Assembly: GCA_938085445.1 (NCBI GenBank)
Contig: CALKGR010000004.1
Coordinates: 32,001 to 96,000 of the forward strand
Direction of reading: 5' to 3'
DNA length: 64,000 nt
Source of the DNA: an uncultured Rubripirellula sp.
GTDB taxonomy: Bacteria > Planctomycetota > Planctomycetia > Pirellulales > Pirellulaceae
Part shown: positions 9,845 through 20,206 of the stretch, in pieces
Layout of the letters: each line of letters begins with the position of its first letter
Position numbering within the stretch: the first letter of the stretch is position 1
Notes under the pieces: model-generated
What the model was told of the DNA's origin: nothing
Seen by the model: only the letters and a program-made list of their open reading frames with translations
The model's database searches: none
Made by a program: the position numbers and the translations under genes

Positions 9845-11311
9845 ATGACTAAAACCTTGACACACGCAGTAATTGCACTCGCCACGATGATCGTGGGCTC
9901 ACTGATCACGACTGTGATCTTCCTGCTGCCAACCGGACTGCGTACCTCGGTTCAGGCTCAAAACCGAAACTTGGCGGCAGTCGATACGCGGCCTCCTATC
10001 GTGAACGCGGAGAATCTTCGACACGCCCAAAATCTCTCCGATGCCTTTCACAACGTCGCCGAGACGCTGCGTCCTTGCGTGGTCAGCATCAGCACGAAAC
10101 AGTTCGTGATGGACCCTCGAGTCAATCGCATCCCCCCTCAATTCCGATGGCAGTTTGGTCCACGTGAACAAAACGGCATGGGCAGCGGCGTCATCGTTCG
10201 TCCTGACGGTTACATCCTTACGAACAATCATGTCATCGAGGGAGCTGATTCCTTGACTGTCGAGCTATCAGATGGGCAAACCGTCGCAGGCACCGTTGTT
10301 GGAACCGACCCCCAAACCGATTTGGCCGTGGTCAAGATCGATGCACCTAACCTGAGAGCAGCAGCGTTTGGAAATTCCGATGCCACCAGGGTGGGCGACT
10401 GGGTACTGGCGATCGGCAGCCCTTTTGGGCTCGACCAGACGGTCACTGCTGGCATCATCAGTGGTAAAAATAGAGTTCAAGCAATCATTGCGGATGGTGA
10501 TGGTTTTGAAGATTTTCTTCAAACCGATGCTGCCATCAATCCCGGAAACTCGGGCGGTCCGTTAGTCAATTTGCGCGGCGAACTCATCGGAATCAACACC
10601 GCCATCTTGTCACAAAGTGGCGCCAGTGCAGGTATTGGTTTTGCGATCCCCGTTTCCATGGCTCGACCTGTCCTTGAGTCAATCATTCAGAATGGTGAGG
10701 TCCGCCGAGGCTTCCTTGGTGCTCAAGTTGTTGATGTATCTGCGAAACTCACGCAGAGATATGATCTACGGGTTCGAAGTGGAGCGTTTGTGGCAACAGT
10801 GCTACCGGAGCAATCCGCAGATCGTGCAGGCCTGAAAGTGGGTGATGTAGTCACCCGTATCGACGGACGCCTATGTACGGGTGGAACCCAACTTCGAAAC
10901 TATGTCGCAAACCGGCCTCCCGGATCAACGGTTCGAATGGAAGTCAACCGAAACGGCGAAAATATGCAACTTCAAGTACGGCTGACCGAACGCACCGATG
11001 AAGCGATGGCACAATTCCGGCCAGATCGCAACAACTTCGGATCCGAGTTAGTTCCGGTAACTCCCGAAACTCAGCGACAGTACGGATACCGTGGCCTCCA
11101 AAATGGTTTGATTGTGACCAGCGTTGAAGAGGGAAGCCTCGCCGATCAAGCCGACCTTGAGGTAGGCGACGTGATCGAGTCCGTCGGTGGCCTGAGAATA
11201 CGCACCGTCGACCAGCTTGCAGAGATTTTGGTGGAAGCCAAACGCGGTGGCCAATCAGTCCGGATGATCGTCCGACGTGGCCGCGAACGCTTGACGCTAC
11301 TAATCCGCTAA
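9845..11311 (+). CDS. HtrA/DegP-family serine protease with two PDZ domains
   Basis: TNNHVI, DLAVVKI, QTDAAINPGNSGGPL catalytic triad motifs; N-terminal signal/TM; two PDZ domains. Confidence 0.95.
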   Translation: MTKTLTHAVIALATMIVGSLITTVIFLLPTGLRTSVQAQNRNLAAVDTRPPIVNAENLRHAQNLSDAFHNVAETLRPCVVSISTKQFVMDPRVNRIPPQFRWQFGPREQNGMGSGVIVRPDGYILTNNHVIEGADSLTVELSDGQTVAGTVVGTDPQTDLAVVKIDAPNLRAAAFGNSDATRVGDWVLAIGSPFGLDQTVTAGIISGKNRVQAIIADGDGFEDFLQTDAAINPGNSGGPLVNLRGELIGINTAILSQSGASAGIGFAIPVSMARPVLESIIQNGEVRRGFLGAQVVDVSAKLTQRYDLRVRSGAFVATVLPEQSADRAGLKVGDVVTRIDGRLCTGGTQLRNYVANRPPGSTVRMEVNRNGENMQLQVRLTERTDEAMAQFRPDRNNFGSELVPVTPETQRQYGYRGLQNGLIVTSVEEGSLADQADLEVGDVIESVGGLRIRTVDQLAEILVEAKRGGQSVRMIVRRGRERLTLLIR

Positions 11312-11565
11312 TATGCGTGAAGTCTCCGCCCAGGCTTCTGCGAGCACGCTAGTGGCCAGCCACACAGGCGTAGGTAAAGACGGACAGACCTCCGCGAAAT
11401 AGGGAGGCGAAACGGTGGAGAAAACGCAGAGACTGCGCAAAGGATGCCGAGAACGGTGACTTCGGGGAAACGCCCTGACACACCTTTTCGATTGATTTAT
11501 GTTTTTCATCGAATCGGTTGTTGTCCTCGGTTGTAGCAGCGTGGGATACCGTTACATTCGAGGGC

Positions 11566-13548
11566 ATGTCTACCATTGCAAAAAAACTGCCGAAGATCCG
11601 TCAATTGCCTCCCAATCTCATCAACCAGATTGCAGCCGGAGAGGTCATCGAACGCCCCGCGTCGGTCGTCAAGGAACTGCTGGAAAACAGCATCGACGCT
11701 GGAGCCCGTCGCATCGAAGTCACGATTGCCGGTGGTGGTAGCGAACTGATCCGCATCAGCGATGACGGTTGCGGCATGACCTCTGAGCAACTGCCACTGG
11801 CAGTCTCCAGTCACGCAACGAGTAAACTGCCTGACGACGAATCATTATTCCACGTTGCGACCCTCGGGTTTCGTGGAGAAGCGATCGCTTCCATCGGCAG
11901 TGTGTCGCATCTGACGATCCGGAGCCGGACCGAGTCGGAGGACAGTGGCTCGGAACTGGCGGTCCGCGGCGGTGTCATCGAATCGCCCAGCCCCTGTGGT
12001 TGCCCGACCGGAACCGTGATGGAAGTCCGGAACCTGTTTTTCAACACCCCAGTACGACACCGGTTTCTCAAGACGGCCCAAACCGAGCGTGGGCATATCG
12101 TAGAAGCATTCACAAGGCTTGCTCTCGCAAACCCACAGATACACTTTGTACTCACCAACAACGATAAGCAGCTTTACGATCTTCCCGTTACCGAACGTTG
12201 GGCGGCAAGAATCGAAGCATTCTTTGGCGCGGAAGTCTCCGAGTCCCTGATACCCATCAACAGTGATGATGGGCAAATCAAAATCAGCGGCTACGTATGT
12301 GATCCGTCGGTCAGCCGCGGCAACAATCGCATGCAGTATCTATTTCTCAATGGAAGACACATCCGCGACCGGGCTTTGCAACACGCTCTGGGTGAGTCGT
12401 ATCGTGGCATGCTGATGGTCGGTCGGCACCCGGTCTGCTTCCTGCGAATGGACATGCCCGCAGATATGATCGATGTCAACGTTCATCCATCCAAACTTGA
12501 AGTGCGTTTCACTGACGGAGGACGCATTTACAGCCGCCTGCTGCAATCACTGCGGCACCAGTTTCTGACCACCAATCTAACGCAACGTGTCGGCCCCCCC
12601 GAACCCATCAAAGACGAGAATGAACTCAGAACACAACCTTCAAGTGAGTTGGGACTTCCTGTTTCTGTTGAGCAACAACAACGGCAAGCCGTGATTGACT
12701 GGGCACGTACTGGCCAAATAAACAACGACAACGCCAAACGCGATGTACCCATGGGGGGAACCCCCACATTCCAGCCATTTCCCGGCAACACATCCATTCT
12801 CAATCCGGCCGCATCCATCCCGGCCGCATCCAACAACACTGACCTACCAACGAGGAACACACCTTCTGAGCATGAGCAGGCACCGTGGGACAAGCCTGAC
12901 ACCAGTTCAATGAACACGATCCCTGCTAGCCCGACCGAAGGCCAGCCAAGTGTTTGTTATCTGGGTTTTCAGGTGCACAACCGCTATCTCGTTACCCAAG
13001 ATGAATCGGGAATGGTCGTGATCGATCAGCATGCGTTGCACGAGCGTGTGCTATACGAACGTGTCTGCGCAAAAGTCCTGTCCGAAAATGCCTCGCTGGA
13101 ATCTCAACGCTTACTGGTACCCGAGCCGGTATCCCTAACACCCGCTGAGCGAACGGCAGCGATTGACGTCAAAGAAACTCTTGCACGAATTGGAATTGAA
13201 ATTGACGAATTTGGCGGCGAAACAATTTTGATTCACTCCTATCCTGCAATGCTGCCCAAGACGTCACCTGGCGACATGCTGCGTACCTTGCTGGAATCGG
13301 TCATCTCAGCTGGCAAGCAACCCGATCCCAAGGATCTATTGAATCATTTACTGTCGACCATAGCTTGCAAAGCTGCTGTGAAAGCCGGTGATCCGCTGAA
13401 CTCTCAGGAAATCACCAGTCTGCTGGAACAGAAGGATCTTTATCACGAGACGCACCATTGCCCGCATGGGCGTCCAACGGCTTTATTTTTCAGCCGTGAT
13501 GAACTTGATCGCATGTTTGGACGCCTTGGCCCGCGAGCACGCAGCTGA
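11566..13548 (+). CDS. mutL: DNA mismatch repair endonuclease MutL
   Basis: NQIAAGEVIERPASVVKELLENSIDAGA, LGFRGEA, DQHALHER, ACKAAVK, CPHGRP. Confidence 0.97.
   Translation: MSTIAKKLPKIRQLPPNLINQIAAGEVIERPASVVKELLENSIDAGARRIEVTIAGGGSELIRISDDGCGMTSEQLPLAVSSHATSKLPDDESLFHVATLGFRGEAIASIGSVSHLTIRSRTESEDSGSELAVRGGVIESPSPCGCPTGTVMEVRNLFFNTPVRHRFLKTAQTERGHIVEAFTRLALANPQIHFVLTNNDKQLYDLPVTERWAARIEAFFGAEVSESLIPINSDDGQIKISGYVCDPSVSRGNNRMQYLFLNGRHIRDRALQHALGESYRGMLMVGRHPVCFLRMDMPADMIDVNVHPSKLEVRFTDGGRIYSRLLQSLRHQFLTTNLTQRVGPPEPIKDENELRTQPSSELGLPVSVEQQQRQAVIDWARTGQINNDNAKRDVPMGGTPTFQPFPGNTSILNPAASIPAASNNTDLPTRNTPSEHEQAPWDKPDTSSMNTIPASPTEGQPSVCYLGFQVHNRYLVTQDESGMVVIDQHALHERVLYERVCAKVLSENASLESQRLLVPEPVSLTPAERTAAIDVKETLARIGIEIDEFGGETILIHSYPAMLPKTSPGDMLRTLLESVISAGKQPDPKDLLNHLLSTIACKAAVKAGDPLNSQEITSLLEQKDLYHETHHCPHGRPTALFFSRDELDRMFGRLGPRARS
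12805..12832 (+). repeat. In-frame 15-bp-period duplication in the MutL linker
   Basis: CCGGCCGCATCCA twice, encoding PAASI-PAASN. Confidence 0.75.
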
Positions 13549-13953
13549 CCGCGTTCGTGTGCTCCATGAACCTTTATCAATGTCTGCCATATCGGCATCA
13601 CATTGAGGCATGACAAGCTTGTTTCAAGGCCCACCCAATGCTCGAACACATGTGGACGATGTTTTAACACTGCACCGAAGTCGCTCTGAATTCGCATTAC
13701 GCTGCGACACGTGATATTCTGTTCGCAGTTCGAGACCTCCGGGCGGCATTTTTATCCGCGAAGCTCTATTAGCGGTGAAACGATGAGTTGCATTGATACT
13801 CTCCGTAACGGTGATCCCCGTCGTTGTCTTGGAGTTAGCTGAGCACGATTTATTTGAGGCAACTCCGGAGCCACCGAATAAGCTTAGGCTGATCTCGAAC
13901 CATCCTTCATAATCCATGCATCACATTCATTCTTTCTCGCTTCAGAATATTTC

Positions 13954-15552
13954 ATGCGGTACCCCATAAGCCTCGCCACTGTTTCGGCAGCCCTCGCCAT
14001 CAGCATTCTCAATTCCCAAGATGCCACGGCACAGCATGACCCTGGTCGTGATGCCATGAAATTACTTGTGCAGGACAAATTCAAGGCGAGTCAAGAACGA
14101 CTTGCCAAACCGCCCAAGTCACAGAACAGCCCCATCAGCGAAGCGGAACGTAACTTTGTACTTGCGATACTTACATGCAAGCAAGATCGCCAAGCGGAAG
14201 CGATCAGTCACTTACAAAAGGCGGTCTCGCTTGGACTGCCCATCGAACGCATTCTAGCTGGGCCTCGAGACCTATTCGAACCCCTCAGAAATGACCCAGG
14301 CTACGCTGCATGGCTTTCTGATCTGGAAAAGCCGCTCCTGCATGGCCCCATGTTGTCTTCGGTCACAGATACAACAGCACAGGTTTGGGTGCGAACCGCC
14401 AAACCAATTCAGGTCAAGCTTCGGATACATGAGGCAAACGATGACACACAACCTCGGCAGGAATTTACAACAAAGACAACAATACAGGATGATTACACCG
14501 GGGTCATTGAGGTAACCAACCTGAAGCCCGATACACCCTACCGGTACCAGCTATCGATCGACGGCCAACCAAGAACAGGTCAACTGAATTTCCGAACCAT
14601 GCCCAAGGCCGGTGAGCCGGCGAAGTTTGAAGTTGGCTTTGGTGGTGGGGCAGGCTACACGCCCCAATTCAATCACATGTGGACGACGCTGGCCAAACAG
14701 GCACCGACCGCATTCCTAATGATGGGGGACAATGTTTACATCGATGACCCCACCCATCCAATGACCCAACGCTATTGCTACTACAGGCGACAATCCGAAC
14801 CCCTTTGGAAGTCATTCATTGCTTCCACAGCGATGTACTCGATCTATGACGACCATGACTTTGGAGTTAACGATTGCATTCCTGGTCCAGAAATTGATGA
14901 CCCCGCATGGAAACGTCCCGTCTGGCAAGTGTTTAAACAGAACTGGAACAACCCTGGTTTTGGCGGCGGCGAAAAGCAGCCCGGCTGCTGGTACGATTTC
15001 CAGATTGCTGACGTGCACTTCATCATGCTTGATGGCCGATACTATCGCGACAAAAAAGGGGGCAGCATGCTAGGGCCTGTCCAGAAAGCTTGGCTGATGG
15101 ACACACTCAAGAATTCTCAGTCCACCTTCAAAATCCTGGCTTCGCCCGTACCTTGGTCTCCCGGGGTCAAACCTGGTAGCAAAGACACTTGGGATGGATT
15201 CAACGACGAACGCAATGAGATTTTTTCGTTTGTTCATACCAATCAGATAGACGGCGTCGTCCTGCTCGCCGCGGATCGACATCGCTCGGATTTGCGACGC
15301 ATTCCCAGAAAAGACGGGTACGCTTTTAACGAAGTCATGAGTTCAAGGCTCACAAACGTCCATACCCATGGTTTGGTTGAAAACGCAAAGGGTTCCGAGT
15401 TCATTATTGGTTACAACGAAAAGTGTTCGTTCGGCCTCCTCAATTTCGACACCACCGCGAAAAATCCTTTTATCAAATACACAATCGTCAACATCGATGG
15501 AGAACGGGTTGGCGAAGCCACGCTAAAACTCAGTGAAATGCAGAGTCGCTGA
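13954..15552 (+). CDS. PhoD-like (alkaline phosphatase D family) phosphoesterase with N-terminal helical/TPR-like segment
   Basis: GDNVYID, YDDHDFG, LDGRYYRD, DTWDGF..ER, ADRH; signal peptide. Confidence 0.88.
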   Translation: MRYPISLATVSAALAISILNSQDATAQHDPGRDAMKLLVQDKFKASQERLAKPPKSQNSPISEAERNFVLAILTCKQDRQAEAISHLQKAVSLGLPIERILAGPRDLFEPLRNDPGYAAWLSDLEKPLLHGPMLSSVTDTTAQVWVRTAKPIQVKLRIHEANDDTQPRQEFTTKTTIQDDYTGVIEVTNLKPDTPYRYQLSIDGQPRTGQLNFRTMPKAGEPAKFEVGFGGGAGYTPQFNHMWTTLAKQAPTAFLMMGDNVYIDDPTHPMTQRYCYYRRQSEPLWKSFIASTAMYSIYDDHDFGVNDCIPGPEIDDPAWKRPVWQVFKQNWNNPGFGGGEKQPGCWYDFQIADVHFIMLDGRYYRDKKGGSMLGPVQKAWLMDTLKNSQSTFKILASPVPWSPGVKPGSKDTWDGFNDERNEIFSFVHTNQIDGVVLLAADRHRSDLRRIPRKDGYAFNEVMSSRLTNVHTHGLVENAKGSEFIIGYNEKCSFGLLNFDTTAKNPFIKYTIVNIDGERVGEATLKLSEMQSR

Positions 15553-15608
15553 CGACCTAGCAACCAGCGGGCAAATCAAAACCAATTTCGATTCCCTGCT
15601 CAGCCGCG

Positions 15609-15674
15609 AACCCTGTTTTCAGTGACCCCTGTTTTCAGTGACCCCTGTTTAGCCAGTGAACCCTGTTTTCAGGG
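15609..15674. repeat. About 16-bp tandem repeat, four copies
   Basis: AACCCTGTTTTCAGTG, ACCCCTGTTTTCAGTG, ACCCCTGTTTAGCCAGTG, AACCCTGTTTTCAGGG. Confidence 0.85.
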
Positions 15675-15756
15675 AGCACTCCACGCCCTCAATCCCACGC
15701 CCTCACAAAGCCGTCTCAACGCTAGAATTCTCGCGTACCGCCGGCAGGATCAAATC

Positions 15757-17178
15757 ATGCATCAAACTCAGCGCGTTCGGACATTTGGTTTTCTTATGAG
15801 TCTGCTTCCACTGCTGGCATTAACAGCTTGGGGCAACGAAATACCCGTGTTACGAGCCGGTGCCGCGATGGTTGATATCACTCCCCCTCTGGGTGAGTTA
15901 GTTGTGGGTGGCTTTGTTCCCTTTCCAGCTAACGAAATTCACGATCCCCTTCATGCACGCTGTCTTGTTTTAGATGATGGTAAGAACCGCATGGCGATTG
16001 TCATTTGTGACAATCTTGGGATCGCTCGCTCTGTTTATGACGAAGCACGATCACTGATTTCGAAAAACTCAAAAATTCCGCCTGATCAAATCTTGATGGC
16101 GGCCACGCACACTCATTCAGCAACCCGCGCCCACGAACCAAAGTATAGACCCAAGGTAGTTGCCGGAATTGCAACGGCAGTCGACACCGCGATCCAAAAC
16201 CTGGTGCCAGCAAAAATCGGTTGGGGTGGCGTCGATGAGCCGTCAGAAGTATTCAATCGGCGCTGGCATGTCAGCCAACCCGACATCGCTCGGAACCCTT
16301 TTGGTGGTGTGGATGCCGTTCGCATGAATCCACCTCGGGCAAACGCAGCATTGATCAAGCCTGCAGGCCCCATTGATCCAGAAGTTTCTTTTCTTTCAGT
16401 CCAAACAGCGAAGGGTCAGCCGCTTGCCCTGCTGGCTAATTACTCACTTCATTACGTAGGCGGTGTCAACAAAGGCGATGTGTCAGCTGACTATTTCGCA
16501 ATTTTCTCTCAACAGATCGGCAAGTTATTGGGCGCTGACTCGGTCACGCCACGCTTTGTGGGGATGATGAGCAACGGAACTAGCGGTGACATCAACAACA
16601 TCAACTTTCGCGACGGTAATGCGCGTCGCTATGACCGTTATGAAAAGATGACCGAAGTTGCCAATAAAGTCGCCAAACGCGTGAATGCAGCACACGGCAA
16701 ATTGCAATTCAGTGAAGATGTAAAAATCGGTTCACTCACTCGGGACTTAAAACTAACCATGCGAAAACCAGACCCAAAAATCAAGGCATGGTTTCGAGAA
16801 GTGATGGGAAAGCCAGACGATGCCGAAAAGTTCCATCGATACGAACAAACCTACGCAGCACGTGTTCAAAAGCTGGAGGATGGCCCCAATGAGATCACGG
16901 TACCGTTGCAGGTCATGCGAATTGGTGATCTTGCCATCGCGGCCATTCCTTTTGAAACGTTCGCGGAAATCGGATTGAAAATCAAGGATAAATCACCTTT
17001 CGCCGATACCTTTATCATCGAACTGGCAAACGATTCACGTGGCTATTTGCCTACCCCACGACAACATGAACTAGGCGGCTATGAAACTTGGATGGGCACC
17101 AACCGTGTGCAACTTGATGCATCTGATCTCATCACCAAGACAATTCTGGAAATGATGACCCAATTGAATCAAAATTGA
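15757..17178 (+). CDS. Neutral/alkaline ceramidase-like secreted metallohydrolase
   Basis: LRAGAAMVDITP, HDPLHARCLVL, ATHTHS, NYSLHY, GTSGDIN, GYLPT...GGYE. Confidence 0.8.
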   Translation: MHQTQRVRTFGFLMSLLPLLALTAWGNEIPVLRAGAAMVDITPPLGELVVGGFVPFPANEIHDPLHARCLVLDDGKNRMAIVICDNLGIARSVYDEARSLISKNSKIPPDQILMAATHTHSATRAHEPKYRPKVVAGIATAVDTAIQNLVPAKIGWGGVDEPSEVFNRRWHVSQPDIARNPFGGVDAVRMNPPRANAALIKPAGPIDPEVSFLSVQTAKGQPLALLANYSLHYVGGVNKGDVSADYFAIFSQQIGKLLGADSVTPRFVGMMSNGTSGDINNINFRDGNARRYDRYEKMTEVANKVAKRVNAAHGKLQFSEDVKIGSLTRDLKLTMRKPDPKIKAWFREVMGKPDDAEKFHRYEQTYAARVQKLEDGPNEITVPLQVMRIGDLAIAAIPFETFAEIGLKIKDKSPFADTFIIELANDSRGYLPTPRQHELGGYETWMGTNRVQLDASDLITKTILEMMTQLNQN

Positions 17179-17399
17179 CTGCCACTGCAGAGCAAAAGGC
17201 ATCTGAGCAGAGAATGCCTGCTAAACCGGTACTAATAGTCCCCAAGCAGCCCAATACCTCGCAGGCCCAACACCACCCCATGATTAGCTTATCTATAATT
17301 CTAAAGTACCTGCAGATATTACCATGTGACTGATTCTTCATACCAAATACCAACGCCCGCAGACCAACATCAGACGCTTTGACAACAGGACTAATCAAG

Positions 17400-18557
17400 A
17401 TGATTACACGTAGAGAAATGCTTTTGGCCAGCGGTGGCATTATGATTGCGGGAGGCACGCTCAACTCATCGCGAGCCCAAGCTGCCGAGGCAAAGCAATT
17501 GGTCTATCACACCACTGCACCCAACAATGCCGAGCCTCAACTGAATGATCTAGTAAAATCATGGATTACCCCGACCAAACATTTTTACGTTCGCAGCCAT
17601 GCTCCGAATCCCGTCATCGATCCTGATGCGTTTGAGTTGAAAATCGAAGGAATGGTGAATCGCAATTTGTCGCTGTCACTTAAAAGTCTAGAGCGTTTTA
17701 AATCTCACTCCACCACGGCAACACTTACTTGCGCGGGAAACCGCAGGTCCGAGTACAACGCTGAGGGCAAGGTCGGGGGAGTGCCGTGGCAGTCAGGAGC
17801 AATCGGGAATGCAACGTGGCAAGGTGTTGCACTTGCGGATGTGCTGAAACAAGCTGAAGTCACAACCGATGCCAAACACGTCTGGTTTGAAGGCTTGGAT
17901 GAAATCGAGAAGGGTGGTGGAATCATTCCGTTTGGTGGCTCGATCCCGATTGCAAAAGCCATGATCGGATCGGGGGCAGGGGCCCCCTTACTTGCCAATG
18001 GCATGAATGGTGCTCCACTGACAGCCGACCATGGGTTTCCCTTGCGAACACTCGTCCCAGGCTACATCGGTGCTCGGAGCGTAAAATGGCTCGGTCGAAT
18101 CGTGGTCAGCGATCGGCCTTCCCCCAACCACTATTTGGCAACTGCCTACAAGCTGGTTAAGAACACTACCCCCATTGAATGGGCCGAATCAGGCCCGATT
18201 TATCGCTACCCGATCAATGCTGCCATCTGCACGCCAGCAAAAGACTCAGAACATCCCGCCGGAGAGATTGACCTCACAGGCTATGTCTTGCCCACAGGTC
18301 GCCCGGGAACAACCGTTGACAAGGTTCTTGTATCTGCTGATCAAGGCAAACACTGGACAGAAGCAACGTTGGTTGGGAAAGACAGTGAATTCTGTTGGCA
18401 GCTTTGGAATGCCAAGGTGAAAGTCACCACGGCAACAAAACGATTGATGGTTCGCGCACTCGATACTTCAGGAGGCTTCATGCCCTATCGAGTTCCTTGG
18501 AATGCCAAAGGATACCTGCAGAATTCTTGGTACAAGTTGCCTGTCCAAGTGAACTGA
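17400..18557 (+). CDS. Sulfite oxidase-family molybdoenzyme (SorA/SoxC-like), Tat-exported
   Basis: TRREML twin-arginine signal; FYVRSH, LTCAGNRR (Mo-ligating Cys), DHGFPLR, SVKWL, WNAKGY. Confidence 0.9.
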   Translation: MITRREMLLASGGIMIAGGTLNSSRAQAAEAKQLVYHTTAPNNAEPQLNDLVKSWITPTKHFYVRSHAPNPVIDPDAFELKIEGMVNRNLSLSLKSLERFKSHSTTATLTCAGNRRSEYNAEGKVGGVPWQSGAIGNATWQGVALADVLKQAEVTTDAKHVWFEGLDEIEKGGGIIPFGGSIPIAKAMIGSGAGAPLLANGMNGAPLTADHGFPLRTLVPGYIGARSVKWLGRIVVSDRPSPNHYLATAYKLVKNTTPIEWAESGPIYRYPINAAICTPAKDSEHPAGEIDLTGYVLPTGRPGTTVDKVLVSADQGKHWTEATLVGKDSEFCWQLWNAKVKVTTATKRLMVRALDTSGGFMPYRVPWNAKGYLQNSWYKLPVQVN

Positions 18558-18709
18558 CCATGCTCGTTCAGCACCTCACGCCAGCAAGATGCCCCCAAAC
18601 CACTTCTCAGTACTCTGCCGGCCCATCCACTCTCACAGAAAATAACCGCGAGCCCCTGCTCGGTACAAGAAATTGCTCTGATCAAGCCCCCATCTGACCT
18701 TGTTTCAGG

Positions 18710-19939
18710 CTAGCTCTTCGTGCCCTGTTCTTCGACGCCAAGCCATCGGGCACAGGGCACAAGCGTCAGTCCTTGAATTAAAACAGAGGTCAGAACGATG
18801 AAGAAGATGACATCGAAAACTTCTTCGGCGCCGGGGATACCGTAAGACATGGGAAACGTTGCCAGCACGATGGGAACGGAGCCCCGCAGCCCGACCCACG
18901 AGACATACGCCACTTCGTTACGTGGCATCCGAAATGGCAACAAGCATGCCATGACACTCAGTGGACGAGCGACCAGCATCAAAAAGAGCGCCATTGCAAC
19001 TGCGACTCCCGCAACAGATAGCAGGCGGGAAGGAACCACCAGCAATCCCAAAACGATGAACATTGCAAGTTGCGCTAACCAACTCAGAGCATCGTGAAAA
19101 CGCAAGACTCCCTCATGATGACGGACAATCTGATTACCCAATGTGACGCCGCAAACATAGATTGCAAGATAACCGTTCCCACCTACTAAATTGGCAAACC
19201 CGAATGTCATTAAACCAATGGAGAGAACAAGAATGGGATGCAATCCAGAAGCTGATAACCGAAGCTGGTTCACCACCCGACTACCGCACCATCCCATCAA
19301 AAACCCGGTGATTGCGCCCGCAAATAACTCGGTGACCAGGTTCACCCCAACACCAGCGATCGAAGCATTCTCCGACCCCATCACACCGAGAATCGCCATC
19401 GTCATTAAGACTGCGACCGGATCGTTACTGCCTGACTCAAATTCCAGCAAATGTCGAATGCGTGCTGACGGCTTTACCGAGCTTGTTCGGAACACAGAAA
19501 AGACAGCCGCAGCATCCGTTGAGGATACAATCGCCGCAAGCAGCAACGCTTCCGACCAACTAAGCCCAGCGTCCCCGATATCAAATGTGGAATAGGTTCC
19601 CAGCATGAACCACGCGAATGCGCCCATCGACAAAGTGGTAATCAAAACCCCAAGCGTGGACAGCATCAGTCCGGGTGCCAAAATAGTGCGAACGGATGAC
19701 CATTGAGTATCGAGACCGCCTGCAAAAAGAATGATCAGCAAGGCTACTGTTCCTGTTGCCTGTGCCACTGCAGGAGAATCAAACGAGATTCGCCCGATTC
19801 CCTCCTCGCCTGCCAGCATCCCAATCACAAGAAAGACCAGCAGGGTGGGAATCCCGACCCAGTCCGATAATTTACTGGCAACAACCCCCACGAACAGCAG
19901 GATTCCACCGACCAACACCAGTGTTTCGATTGATAACAT
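18710..19939 (-). CDS. Potassium/proton antiporter (CvrA/NhaP2-like, CPA1), membrane domain only
   Basis: GMLAGEEG, SSTDAAAVF, ESGSNDP, WVGLRGSVPIVLATFP. Confidence 0.9.
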   Translation of the reverse strand: MLSIETLVLVGGILLFVGVVASKLSDWVGIPTLLVFLVIGMLAGEEGIGRISFDSPAVAQATGTVALLIILFAGGLDTQWSSVRTILAPGLMLSTLGVLITTLSMGAFAWFMLGTYSTFDIGDAGLSWSEALLLAAIVSSTDAAAVFSVFRTSSVKPSARIRHLLEFESGSNDPVAVLMTMAILGVMGSENASIAGVGVNLVTELFAGAITGFLMGWCGSRVVNQLRLSASGLHPILVLSIGLMTFGFANLVGGNGYLAIYVCGVTLGNQIVRHHEGVLRFHDALSWLAQLAMFIVLGLLVVPSRLLSVAGVAVAMALFLMLVARPLSVMACLLPFRMPRNEVAYVSWVGLRGSVPIVLATFPMSYGIPGAEEVFDVIFFIVLTSVLIQGLTLVPCARWLGVEEQGTKS

Positions 19940-20206
19940 TCAGTTTAATTCTCCACCCTGAGCACCGCGTTACGTCGAGGCATCCGCTTCACGCCCTCCT
20001 CGGCTCACAGCATGATCCTTGATGAACATCATGGCAAACACAACTGCTGCAGCCTTGAAAACGGATAAAACATCAAACAAAAAGATGCAGCTGACACCGC
20101 ATTCCCATCCCATTGCAACGATGCCAATTGCAATACGCTTTGGACTGTGCGGGCAGGTGATCCAGAAAATCAGAAACGTACTCCACCCGATTTAGCGACT
20201 TGCGAA

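Noticed and set aside
15609..15674. CRISPR array
   Set aside because: Units are about 16 bp and directly adjacent with no unique spacers; no cas genes in the window
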